Position numbers and translations under genes: made by a program. This document shows positions 38,956 through 47,928 of a stretch of 64,000 bases of DNA, in pieces. The stretch's first letter is position 1. Every line of letters begins with the position of its first letter. Origin of the DNA: Synechococcus sp. ARS1019 (GTDB lineage: Bacteria > Cyanobacteriota > Cyanobacteriia > PCC-6307 > Cyanobiaceae); the NCBI GenBank assembly GCA_002690325.1, contig NZED01000032.1:2084-66083 (forward strand), written 5' to 3'. Below the pieces are notes generated by a model. It was not told the origin of the DNA. It searched no databases and saw only the letters and a list, made by a program, of their open reading frames with translations.

Positions 38956-41061
38956 TCAGACCAGAGGATCGCTGATCACCATTGCGGCACAGGGGAGCTG
39001 GCTAATCAATTGGCTGGTTCTGTCACTGCCTGGAATCGGCAGACCGCCAACGCGCCGACGCTGGGTCCGGAGGATGACGAGATCATGTTCTCGGCTGAGC
39101 CGATGAATCGCTCCATCAATCCCTGGGCCCCGCACGATCACCGTGTGGAAACGTTCGGCTGGAATCCCCGTCGGTCGCCAACGGATGAGTTGATCTTCCA
39201 TCCATAGCCGATCACTCCCGCTGTAACGCGGGTCGTGCACATGGAGCAGGGTGATGCGCGTTCGGGCTTCCTCCGGTGCGGTGTTCAGCACACGCAGGGC
39301 GAGCTCGAACTGCTCCCTGGCACTCGCGGAGAGATCTTTGATCGGAACTAAAATTCGGTTGAGCGATTGCTCGGGTCGTTTGCTGAGGTTCACCACCACC
39401 ACAGGGCAGTGGGCGGTTCGGCAGACACCATCCACCATGTCGCCAAGCAGCCAGGCACGCAGCTGATCCGGTCTCCCTGCTCCGAGAAGCAAGAGATCAG
39501 CCGCTTGTTCCATGGCGGTTCGGCTCATGCCACCTGGGAGGTCTTCATCGAGGCGCAAGAGCGTTCGCGTGGGGACAGCGAGGTCGTCTCCAATGGCCTC
39601 AGCAACGCTGAGGCGACCTCGGGCAGCTGCAACGGCGCTATTGATTCCACCTCGCAGTTCCGCCAGGCTCGGATTAACCATGGCCAGGGGCAACAGCAAT
39701 CCGTTGCTACCCGAAGACCCTCGAACAAGCCTGGCTGCCATCGATAGCAAGCCCGCTTCATTTTGAGGATTGGCCACGGGAACAACGATGCGCAGTGGTC
39801 GCTGCACAACGCTGCTGCTGCCTTCCAATCGAGTGGGCTCCTCGCCAAAGCTGCTGGGCACGATGCCTTGGGGGGAGTCGTTCAGGCGGGTCACCGCCCG
39901 TTCCGTGAGGATGGGCCCCAGGGTCGCGGTCACTACCATCACCGCGAGCACGCTGTTCAGCACCATCTGATCAAGCAATCCGGCTCGGAAGCCGATGAAG
40001 GCGGTGGCCAATGTGGCGGCCACTTTTGGCATGGTCAGCGACCACATCATCAGGATTTGTGGCCTGCGATAGCGGAACAGGCTGCCGCTGATCCATGAGG
40101 CCAGGCCTTTGCCACCAATCGCCCCCACCAGCATCAAGGCCGTGAATTGGAAGTTGCTCAAGCTGGCGCCCAGGCTCTTCACGTCGAGCAGCAGACCCAA
40201 ATCGATGAAGAAGATCGGGATAAACAGCACACCTCCAACAAAGATCACCTGCTCTTTCACCCGCCCTTCTGGGAGAACGGAATTGACGGCCAGTCCGGCC
40301 AGGAAAGCGCCAACGAGTTTTTCAACACCAGCCAGTTCTGCGCCGAGTGAGGCCAGAAACAGCGCCACCAAAACGGCCAGCACAATCCTGTTTTCGTCAC
40401 TGATGCCGCGAAGCACCAACTGCCGGCCCAATTGACGAATCCCCACCACGACGAGCAGGGCAAACACCGCGATCCGAACCAGGAGCATCACCAGGTCGGC
40501 TCCGCTCAGGTCTCCTTCGCCAAGACCCAGGCCAACGGCGAGAAGCAGCAGCGCCACGATGTCGGTGATGATCGTGCAGCCAACGCTGACGACAACGGCC
40601 TCATCTTTTTGAGCGCCGTAACTGCGAACAATCGGATAACCGAGGGGGGTGTGCGTCGCCATCAGCGCACCCAGCAGAAGACAAGGCACGGGAGCGAACC
40701 CAGCAAGCATGCCGATGCTCACCCCCGTTCCAACGCCGATGCAGAGGATGAGCAAGCCAAACACCACCGAGCGGCGTTTCACCCTGTTGAACTCTTCGAG
40801 ATCAATCTCGAGGCCCATAGTGAACAAAAGGAAGACCGCCCCCAGGCTTGAGAGCAGCTCCACCGTGGCCTCTACCTCCGCGTATCCCGTGTCGACCCAA
40901 CCAAGGGCATGCGGCCCAACAACCACGCCAGCGGCGAGGAGTCCAACCAGGTCAGGAAGACCAACCCGCCTCACCAGCGGTGGAATGACGGCACTGATGC
41001 TCACCAGGAGGGCGAAAACACCCAGCGGATGGTGCATCAGGTGGCTGATGGAAGCCTCCAT
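38956..41061 (-). CDS. CPA2 cation/proton antiporter with C-terminal USP-like domains (NhaS5-like)
   Basis: About 12 TM segments, GLEIDL, ITDIVALL, GAFLAGL; tandem USP starts RIVVPVANP and RILVPIKD. Confidence 0.88.
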   Translation of the reverse strand: MEASISHLMHHPLGVFALLVSISAVIPPLVRRVGLPDLVGLLAAGVVVGPHALGWVDTGYAEVEATVELLSSLGAVFLLFTMGLEIDLEEFNRVKRRSVVFGLLILCIGVGTGVSIGMLAGFAPVPCLLLGALMATHTPLGYPIVRSYGAQKDEAVVVSVGCTIITDIVALLLLAVGLGLGEGDLSGADLVMLLVRIAVFALLVVVGIRQLGRQLVLRGISDENRIVLAVLVALFLASLGAELAGVEKLVGAFLAGLAVNSVLPEGRVKEQVIFVGGVLFIPIFFIDLGLLLDVKSLGASLSNFQFTALMLVGAIGGKGLASWISGSLFRYRRPQILMMWSLTMPKVAATLATAFIGFRAGLLDQMVLNSVLAVMVVTATLGPILTERAVTRLNDSPQGIVPSSFGEEPTRLEGSSSVVQRPLRIVVPVANPQNEAGLLSMAARLVRGSSGSNGLLLPLAMVNPSLAELRGGINSAVAAARGRLSVAEAIGDDLAVPTRTLLRLDEDLPGGMSRTAMEQAADLLLLGAGRPDQLRAWLLGDMVDGVCRTAHCPVVVVNLSKRPEQSLNRILVPIKDLSASAREQFELALRVLNTAPEEARTRITLLHVHDPRYSGSDRLWMEDQLIRWRPTGIPAERFHTVIVRGPGIDGAIHRLSREHDLVILRTQRRRVGGLPIPGSDRTSQLISQLPCAAMVISDPLV

Positions 41062-41070
41062 AGGTGCAGT

Positions 41071-42912
41071 TCAGCGGTGCATTGATGCGTTATCAGCTTG
41101 TTCGACCCTGTTTGGCGCGGCAATGGAAGCTTCAGGAAGTGCAGTCCGTTCGCCGGCTTGAACATGCCAAAGATGGGCGTAAACCCCTTGGTTGTTCAGC
41201 AGTTGGTTATGGCGTCCCTGCTCAACGATGCAGCCGTTTTGCATCACGATGATTTGATCGGCATGGCGCACTGTGCTGAGTCGATGGGCGATCACCAACG
41301 TTGTGCGGTCTCTCGTGATCCGCTCCAGAGAGCGCTGAATGGCAGCTTCGGTGTCGTTGTCCACGGCGGCAGTTGCCTCATCGAGGATCAGAACAGGAGC
41401 ATCCTTGAGAATGGCTCTTGCCAGGGCAATGCGTTGGCGCTGACCACCAGAGAGTCGTTGGCCCCGCTCACCAACCAAGGTGTCGTAGCCGTCTGGAAGC
41501 GCTTCGATGAATCCAGAGGCTTCGGCGAGTTCAGCGGCACGGATCACCGCAGCGCGTGAACAGCGTTGCTGGCCGTAGCCAATGTTTTCGGCCACGGTTC
41601 CATGGAAGAGATACACCTCTTGACTCACCAGGGCGATGCAACGCCGTAGGTCCGCCAGGTTGAGGCTTTCAATCGGTGTCTCATCAATGAGAATTCGACC
41701 GGATTGATGCTCATACAACCTCAGCAACAACTTCACCACCGTGCTTTTTCCGGATCCGGTTGAACCAACCAGCCCGATGGTTTGTCCCGCTGGGATCTCG
41801 AGATCAAAGCCGTCGAGGAGCACAGGGCGCTCGGGGTAATGGAATGAGACCCCTTCAAAACGCAAGGCTCCTTTCGCCTGCTGTGGATCCAGTGGAATGG
41901 CTCCGTTGCTGATTCCCACAGGCGTGTCGATCAGATCCAGCACCCGTTGCGTGGAGGCCATCGAGCGCTGGTAGTCATCGAGGGTCCGTCCCAGGGAGGT
42001 GAGGGGCCAGAGCAGCCGTTGGGTAATGAAGATCAGAACGCTGTAAGTGGCGACCTCGAGCTGGCCGGACAACGCTTGAAAGCCGCCGATCAGCAGGATG
42101 GCCAGAAAGGCGAACAGAATTGCAAAACGGATTAACGGGATAAACGCGGCGGACAAGCGAATCGCTTTGGCGTTGCTTTGGCGATAGGCCTGGCTTTCTT
42201 GTGTAAGCCGCTCCAACTCCAGTGGTTCGGCGGTGAAACTCTTAATCGTGAGCATCCCTCCAAGATTGTTGGCCAACCTTGAGGACAGGGCTCCCGCGTG
42301 AAAGCGAACGTCTTTGTATCGAGGGGCGAGTTTGCGTTGGAATCGCATGGATCCCCAGAGGATCACGGGGATCGGTAGGTAAGCGAAAATGGCCACTTGA
42401 GGAGCCACCATGGCCATTCCGATGCCCACGATCAGAACGGTCGTGATCAGCTGCAGGATTTGATTGGCACCACGGTCGAGAAACCGTTCGAGCTGGTTGA
42501 TGTCGTCATTCAGGATGGACAGCAACCGACCGCTGCTGTCGCGTTCAAAAAAGGCCAGCTCAAGCTGTTGAAGATGGTCGTAGGCCTCCAAGCGAAGGCT
42601 GTGTTGAGTGCTTTGGGCGAGGTCGCGCCACAACACGTCGTAGAGGTATTCAAAGAGGGATTCAGCGCTCCAGATCAGCATCGTCAACACAGCAAGCAAC
42701 CACAGTTGCTGTGCCACCGTTGCGGCACCGAATCCGGCCAGGACTGATTGTTGCCCTCGGACAACAACATCCACCGCCAATCCAATCAGCGCTGGTGGAG
42801 CGAGATCGAACAGTTTGTTCAAGATGGAGCAGCTCACCGCTGCTGTCACCAGCCTCCAGCGCGGAGCAAGATGACCGACCAGCCTCAGTAAGGGCGAATG
42901 CTCTGAGCGCAT
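41071..42912 (-). CDS. ABC exporter, fused permease/ATPase (MsbA/MdlB-like)
   Basis: Six-TM domain, GSTGSGKS, LSGGQRQR, ILDEAT, IAHRLST. Confidence 0.94.
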   Translation of the reverse strand: MRSEHSPLLRLVGHLAPRWRLVTAAVSCSILNKLFDLAPPALIGLAVDVVVRGQQSVLAGFGAATVAQQLWLLAVLTMLIWSAESLFEYLYDVLWRDLAQSTQHSLRLEAYDHLQQLELAFFERDSSGRLLSILNDDINQLERFLDRGANQILQLITTVLIVGIGMAMVAPQVAIFAYLPIPVILWGSMRFQRKLAPRYKDVRFHAGALSSRLANNLGGMLTIKSFTAEPLELERLTQESQAYRQSNAKAIRLSAAFIPLIRFAILFAFLAILLIGGFQALSGQLEVATYSVLIFITQRLLWPLTSLGRTLDDYQRSMASTQRVLDLIDTPVGISNGAIPLDPQQAKGALRFEGVSFHYPERPVLLDGFDLEIPAGQTIGLVGSTGSGKSTVVKLLLRLYEHQSGRILIDETPIESLNLADLRRCIALVSQEVYLFHGTVAENIGYGQQRCSRAAVIRAAELAEASGFIEALPDGYDTLVGERGQRLSGGQRQRIALARAILKDAPVLILDEATAAVDNDTEAAIQRSLERITRDRTTLVIAHRLSTVRHADQIIVMQNGCIVEQGRHNQLLNNQGVYAHLWHVQAGERTALPEASIAAPNRVEQADNASMHR

Positions 42913-42995
42913 GGAACCTTTGCTGAAGGTTTTTGATCGCACGGTTTGTTTCTATCCACCAGCAGTAGAACGGAAGCACAACCGAAGGAGGTGCC

Positions 42996-43190
42996 ATGAG
43001 CCGATCAAGGTCTTTTAACCGCTTTCATCGCTATCTCGCGAGGCAAAAGAGAAGCGTGTTGCGGACGGCACTTCCCCACAAGCGTCAGCCCGAGGACGCC
43101 AATGCATTGGTGATCGATCACAGCAAAGACCTCCTGGACCGTGTAACCGGCCAGGAGGTCAACTTAGAGCTTCTTGAATCCGAACTCTGA
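42996..43190 (+). CDS. Small hypothetical protein (basic N-terminus, acidic C-terminus)
   Basis: 64-aa ORF preceded by a strong SD (AAGGAGGT-GCC-ATG). Confidence 0.7.
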   Translation: MSRSRSFNRFHRYLARQKRSVLRTALPHKRQPEDANALVIDHSKDLLDRVTGQEVNLELLESEL

Positions 43191-43199
43191 GCGATCGAC

Positions 43200-43490
43200 T
43201 CAGTTGCGGTAACCGCCGCCGCCGCCGCCCCGTGGGCCGCCAGTGCGCTCCCGGGGAGTTGCTTTGCTAACGCGAATCATGCGTCCCATCCATTCGACGT
43301 CTTGGAGATCGTCGATGGCCTTTTGCTCCTCAGCTTCGTTGACCATTTCGACGAAGGCAAAACCGCGCTTGCGGCCCGTTTCTCTGTCGAGAGGAAGACT
43401 GCAGTTCTTGACTTCTCCGTACTCACTGAAGAGATCAAAGAGATGCTCTTGCTCCGCTTGGAAGGAGAGATTGCCGATGTAGATGGTCAT
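43200..43490 (-). CDS. rbp: RRM RNA-binding protein with Gly-rich tail
   Basis: IYIGNL (RNP2), RGFAFVEM (RNP1), GGPRGGGGGGY tail. Confidence 0.96.
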   Translation of the reverse strand: MTIYIGNLSFQAEQEHLFDLFSEYGEVKNCSLPLDRETGRKRGFAFVEMVNEAEEQKAIDDLQDVEWMGRMIRVSKATPRERTGGPRGGGGGGYRN

Positions 43491-43512
43491 GGACCGTGGA
43501 ACCGTTGGATGT

Positions 43513-43555
43513 GCTCAGTCGCGTGAGCCGGTTCCGATGGATCGGAATGGGCCGG
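43513..43555 (-). promoter_or_regulatory. Structured 5' leader of rbp (two adjacent hairpins)
   Basis: TTCCGAT/ATCGGAA (43532-43547) extended by CCGG/CCGG; GCTCA/TGAGC (43513-43528). Confidence 0.5.
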
Positions 43556-43653
43556 TGGTCAGGACGTGAACAACTAGACGTTACAGGGCGGAGCCACGTT
43601 TCAACACATAAATCTGAAGGCAACTTGAAGGCGATCGGTAATCGACTGCATTT

Positions 43654-43683
43654 CCCCCATTGTCAGTGAATGCTGACAGGGGG
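43654..43683 (+). promoter_or_regulatory. Inverted repeat / hairpin covering the RBS of the 43692 ORF
   Basis: CCCCC-AT-TGTCAG-TGAATG-CTGACA-GGGGG; the G-run lies 8 nt before the ATG. Confidence 0.5.
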
Positions 43684-43691
43684 ATGTCGTA

Positions 43692-43880
43692 ATGACGAGT
43701 CTGAATCTTCAGTCCCTGGCCTGGGGCGACGACGGCGAATTGGCCGTTGACGACCGGCTCGCTTTGGTCAATGTCCTACTTGCGCAAAGCCTTCCCGAGG
43801 TGCAAGTGGAATTGATTCGAGCCATGGAGCGGATGGCTGTTGCAAGCGCTATGGCTACTGCCGAAGTCAGTGTTTCCTGA
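43692..43880 (+). CDS. Small hypothetical protein
   Basis: 62 aa, LQSLAWGDDGEL...DRLALV; SD-like GGGGGA upstream. Confidence 0.6.
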   Translation: MTSLNLQSLAWGDDGELAVDDRLALVNVLLAQSLPEVQVELIRAMERMAVASAMATAEVSVS

Positions 43881-43888
43881 CCTCGGGA

Positions 43889-44146
43889 TCACTCCATGGA
43901 GTACTCAACAGCGGCGCGGGACTTGCACTGGTTTTGTGCTTCATCCAGTCGTGTGCCGCTGTTGACTTCTTCGAGAAAGCAATTGCAGGTGAAGTCAGCC
44001 ATCCCCTCGGGAGCAGTTTGACCTGCAGTTTTCATGGCAGCTGCAAAGGAGCTCATGCAGATCTTGCGAATCAAGCCGCCACCGTTCTCAGCAGTGGCCG
44101 TTGTGGAACCGACCAAAAGCAAGGAGATCAGCAGCGGGGCCATCAC
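43889..44146 (-). CDS. Small secreted Cys-containing hypothetical protein
   Basis: Signal peptide, four Cys (C...CNC...C); 4-nt overlap with the helicase stop. Confidence 0.7.
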   Translation of the reverse strand: MMAPLLISLLLVGSTTATAENGGGLIRKICMSSFAAAMKTAGQTAPEGMADFTCNCFLEEVNSGTRLDEAQNQCKSRAAVEYSME

Positions 44147-45918
44147 GACGCTCGAGAAATTTGCAGCTCGCGGTTCATCACGCGTAAGCGCTGCAAGCTA
44201 TTGAAAACATCCTCGGGCATTCCTTTCGGAAGATCGACAAGGCTGTGGTTGTCGAAAATCTGGATGCGGCCAATCGCACGCCCTTGAAGACCGGTTTCTC
44301 CCGCAATCGCACCAACCAAATTGCCGGGTTTGACGCGATCGCGATGTCCCACTTCAACGCGGTACCGCTGCATGTTCTCTTCGGGTGCCCGTGCAGGACG
44401 ATCACCACGGCGATCTCCCCTGCGTTCGGGGCGCTCGCGGTCATGACGTTGATTGTTTTGGATCCAGTCGTCGTCGCCGTGGCGCAGTAGAGGATTGGGA
44501 CCAATGGCCAGATTGAGGGCTGCCATGGCCAGATCTTCCTGACTGAGTTCCAGTTCCGTGGCAACCCGTTGCATCAGCTCCTTGAGCAGAGCGGCTTCCT
44601 CTTCATTGCCTCGTTCCGCAGTTGCCGCAGCGCTGAGTTGTTTGCGCAGGCGATCCAAACGCCCTTGGTTGATCGCTGTGTTGCCGGGCACTTCCATCTG
44701 TTCGATGGGTTGGCCGGTGGCGCGTTCCAAGTTGCGAATGAAACGTCTCTCCCTCGGGGTGACGAACAAGACCGCTTCGCCAGTTCGGCCGGCACGGCCG
44801 GTACGGCCGATTCGATGGACGTAGGCCTCACTATCGAATGGCATGTCGTAGTTGATGACGAGGCCAATGCGCTCAACATCAAGACCTCGAGCCGCGACAT
44901 CGGTCGCCACGAGAATGTCGACACTGCCGTTGCGAAGGCGTTCGACGGTGCGCTCCCGTTGGTTTTGCGGCACGTCTCCATTGAGAACTGCCACTTGATG
45001 CCCGCCAGCATCGAGTGTTTCGGCAACGGTGAGTGTGATGGCCTTGGTGCGGGCAAAGATGATCACGCCCTCTCCACCACAGGCATCGAGCACACGCTGA
45101 AGTGCTTCGAGTTTGTGACTCATCGGAACGGTGATCGACCGCTGACGAATCCGCTTTCCTTCTTGATCCTTAGTGCGGATGGTGACTTCAGCCGGTTCCT
45201 TCAGATATCGCTTGGAGAGGCGGCGAATCTCCGAAGGCATCGTTGCTGAGAACAGCACCACCTGACGCTCCTGAGGCAGCTGTTCGAGAATCCATTCGAC
45301 ATCGTCAATGAATCCCATCCGCAGCATTTCATCGGCTTCGTCGAGAACCAAGCTGCGCAGACCACTGGTGTCGAGGGTTCCCTGGCGCATGTGATCCATC
45401 ACACGTCCAGGTGTTCCAACAACAACATCAACACCACGTTTTAGAGCATTGATCTGGGAACGGAAATCGGACCCTCCATAGACCGCGAGCACCTTCAGAT
45501 GGGGGTGCCCAGAGGCGTAGGCCTTAAAGGAGTCAGCGACCTGCATCGCCAACTCTCTTGTGGGGGCCAGAACCAAGGCCTGAGGTGTTTTTTGGCCTGT
45601 TCGTAGGCGCTCGAGAATGGGAAGAGCAAAGGCGGCCGTTTTGCCGGTGCCGGTTTGGGCCTGGCCGACAAGATCACGCCCGAGCATGAGCTCGGGGAAA
45701 GCAGCTTTTTGAATGGGTGAAGGTTCGCTATATCCCTTCTCTTTCAATGTCGACAGCAGTGCTTCGCTGAAACCAAAACCATCGAATCCAGATGGTGTTT
45801 CGGAGGTTTCAATGGTTGTGGTGAAGACTTCAGAAGACGATTCACCGTCCTGTGGAAGTGCTGAAGCGGAAAGATCTACGGCGCACGACGATGCACCGAG
45901 CTTCTGCTGTTCAGTCAT
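44143..45918 (-). CDS. deaD: DEAD-box RNA helicase (CrhR/DeaD-like, DbpA-type RNA-binding domain)
   Basis: AQTGTGKT, PTRELA, DEAD, SAT, ARGLD, HRIGRTGR. Confidence 0.95.
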   Translation of the reverse strand: MTEQQKLGASSCAVDLSASALPQDGESSSEVFTTTIETSETPSGFDGFGFSEALLSTLKEKGYSEPSPIQKAAFPELMLGRDLVGQAQTGTGKTAAFALPILERLRTGQKTPQALVLAPTRELAMQVADSFKAYASGHPHLKVLAVYGGSDFRSQINALKRGVDVVVGTPGRVMDHMRQGTLDTSGLRSLVLDEADEMLRMGFIDDVEWILEQLPQERQVVLFSATMPSEIRRLSKRYLKEPAEVTIRTKDQEGKRIRQRSITVPMSHKLEALQRVLDACGGEGVIIFARTKAITLTVAETLDAGGHQVAVLNGDVPQNQRERTVERLRNGSVDILVATDVAARGLDVERIGLVINYDMPFDSEAYVHRIGRTGRAGRTGEAVLFVTPRERRFIRNLERATGQPIEQMEVPGNTAINQGRLDRLRKQLSAAATAERGNEEEAALLKELMQRVATELELSQEDLAMAALNLAIGPNPLLRHGDDDWIQNNQRHDRERPERRGDRRGDRPARAPEENMQRYRVEVGHRDRVKPGNLVGAIAGETGLQGRAIGRIQIFDNHSLVDLPKGMPEDVFNSLQRLRVMNRELQISRAS

Positions 45919-45931
45919 AAAAAGTGGCCCT

Positions 45932-45997
45932 AGCCTGATTGAGCTCTGAAATCAGGCTCACAACCTCCCGGCGATCAGAGATCGCACAATGGTTGTG
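45932..45997 (-). promoter_or_regulatory. Structured 5' leader of the DEAD-box helicase (two adjacent stem-loops)
   Basis: CACAACC/GGTTGTG enclosing GCGATC/GATCGC (45959-45997), then AGCCTGATT/AATCAGGCT (45932-45958), ending 13 nt before the ATG. Confidence 0.6.
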
Positions 45998-46022
45998 TTG
46001 CCTACGCTTCAAAGGTTGGGCT

Positions 46023-46364
46023 TTAAGTTATCACCCGACCGTAATCATCCTGCAAGCGTTCGATGTCGTCTTCTTGGAGTACTTCACCGTGTTGCACTTC
46101 AAGGATCACAAGATCCTGTGCCCCGCCCTGTGCTCGATGAATGCTTTTTTTCGGGATTGTGAGCATGACTCCAGGCAAAGCTGTTGTCCATGTCTCATCG
46201 CAGAGCAGCATTCCCTCACCACTCACCACAGTCCAGCTTTCACTGCGGTGTTGATGACGTTGCAGTGAGAGTTGTCGGTTGCTGCGCACCAGCAACCGTT
46301 TGATTTTGTAGCCGGGTGCCTCGAGCAACTCTTCGAACCATCCCCACGGACGTTCAACTCGCAT
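46023..46364 (-). CDS. Stand-alone type II mannose-6-phosphate isomerase C-terminal cupin domain
   Basis: RPWG, LSLQRHQHRSESW, IHR, LEVQHG, EDDIERLQDDYGR. Confidence 0.9.
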   Translation of the reverse strand: MRVERPWGWFEELLEAPGYKIKRLLVRSNRQLSLQRHQHRSESWTVVSGEGMLLCDETWTTALPGVMLTIPKKSIHRAQGGAQDLVILEVQHGEVLQEDDIERLQDDYGRVIT

Positions 46365-47928
46365 CGGAGATGGTCGTTGTCGTGATCACATCCAGGCTGG
46401 CACGGGCTCGGGTGATCGCGGTGTACAGCAAGCGGTTCTCAAGGGGGCGTTCCCGTTCGCTGTCCTGAGAGGGCGGCCACAGAACGATCACACGATTGGC
46501 TTCGCTGCCTTGGGAGCGGTGAATGGTGATTGCTATGGCCGGTTCCACGGCGTGAAGTCGGGATGGATGCAGCAGTCGCAGAGTTGTGGTTCCGTCGTCA
46601 TTGAGAACGCGAAAGAGCAATCGGCTGTCGTTCGCCATGCACAGGTTGACCCCCAGATCACCATTGGCCAAACCCAATTCGGGTTGATTGGCGCCACTGA
46701 TCACAGGCAATCCCGTCGGCCATTGCTGCGGGTCATGGCGGCTCTTGCCGAGCAGACTGCGATGCACGTCATCGAGGCTCCAGGGTCCTCGCCGGCGCGG
46801 ACAGAGCACGAGTTCTTGTTCCAACGTGTTGAGCAGTGCTTCTGCAGCCTGCGCATCGATCCTGCCGTCGTCCGTCAGGATGCCGACTGCTTGCGTCTGG
46901 AGGGTGGACAGGCGCTCCGTCCACCAGCGCGTCACGAGTAACGGAAGACGGCGCAGGCTGTCTGTGCGATGGCGGGCATTCCCGGAGTCGGGCAATGCGT
47001 CAAGCAGCGGCTGGATGTTGGCTTGATCACTGCTGCGGAGTGATGCGGCCAGGGAGGCAATCGCGCCACGGTTTCTGTAGGTGGTTTGCAGCGTGATGGC
47101 CCCTGCTCCAAAGCGTTGGCGAATCTTTGGCGCTTGGAGTTCGTTCCAGACGGCCCCACTTCCGATCGGTGGTAACTGGGCTGGATCGCCCACCAGAACA
47201 AGCCGGCACCCGCTTGGTAAGGCTGCCAGCAGAGCTTGCATTAGTTCCAGATCCACCATCGACATCTCATCGATGACCAGGAGGTCCAGTTCCAACGGAC
47301 GCTCTTGATGACGACCAAAGCCATGGCGGCCGGCTTCAAGCCAGCGATGCAGGGTGAAGCAAGACAGATCTTGGAAGCGTGGACGGACCGCTTCGCCAAG
47401 CCGTCGCGCTGCTTTCCCGGTTGGTGCTGCCAGGCCGACCCGTAATTCCGGTGTAAGGCTGAGCGCCCGCTGTAAGACCTCGACGACCGTGCTTGTTTTT
47501 CCGGTTCCTGGTCCACCACTGATCAGCAGAACGGAGACCTGATCCAAGGCGAGGACGGCCTGTTGTTGCTCTGGATTGAGTTGTTTGGGAAGCGGGGATG
47601 AGGCCGGATCAGATCCCTTGTGGTGCTTGATGCTTCCCCGTTGGATCAGCGTTTCGATGACGTCGTCCATGGCGTCCACCCAGCGGCGCCAGCCAGCACG
47701 GTTGCTTTGGAGTTGAACCGGGCAGTTCTGCTGTTCCAGCCAGCCGCTGGCGACTAACAACTGGTGTTGTTCTGCCGTCAGCTCCACGGTGAGTTCGCCC
47801 GCCTCCAAGGCTTGGGTCAGCTCACAACACAGCGGTTGGAGTTCATCGCCATGGCGCGGTGGGGGGCAGCGGCGCAGCAAGGTGGCATGCACTGCTTCGG
47901 TGAGCTCAATCGGCCAGCTCCCTGTCAC
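46354..47928 (-). CDS. recD: Exodeoxyribonuclease V alpha subunit
   Basis: GGPGTGKT, AAPTGKAA, TLHRWL, DEMSMVD, GDPAQLPP, TIHRSQGSE, YTAITRAR. Confidence 0.93.
   Translation of the reverse strand: MTGSWPIELTEAVHATLLRRCPPPRHGDELQPLCCELTQALEAGELTVELTAEQHQLLVASGWLEQQNCPVQLQSNRAGWRRWVDAMDDVIETLIQRGSIKHHKGSDPASSPLPKQLNPEQQQAVLALDQVSVLLISGGPGTGKTSTVVEVLQRALSLTPELRVGLAAPTGKAARRLGEAVRPRFQDLSCFTLHRWLEAGRHGFGRHQERPLELDLLVIDEMSMVDLELMQALLAALPSGCRLVLVGDPAQLPPIGSGAVWNELQAPKIRQRFGAGAITLQTTYRNRGAIASLAASLRSSDQANIQPLLDALPDSGNARHRTDSLRRLPLLVTRWWTERLSTLQTQAVGILTDDGRIDAQAAEALLNTLEQELVLCPRRRGPWSLDDVHRSLLGKSRHDPQQWPTGLPVISGANQPELGLANGDLGVNLCMANDSRLLFRVLNDDGTTTLRLLHPSRLHAVEPAIAITIHRSQGSEANRVIVLWPPSQDSERERPLENRLLYTAITRARASLDVITTTTISDAS

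Noticed and set aside
43213-43230. (GCC)n trinucleotide run
   Set aside because: It simply encodes the Gly-rich tail of Rbp.
44569-45249. Long antisense ORFs (also 36374-37003, 49080-49700, 27753-28322, 17898-18470, 63402-63953)
   Set aside because: These are shadow frames of conserved GC-rich genes with no recognisable motifs.
46023-46364. Cupin gene as a truncated manC pseudogene
   Set aside because: The ORF is intact with complete motifs, and stand-alone cupin domains of this type are normal in cyanobacteria.
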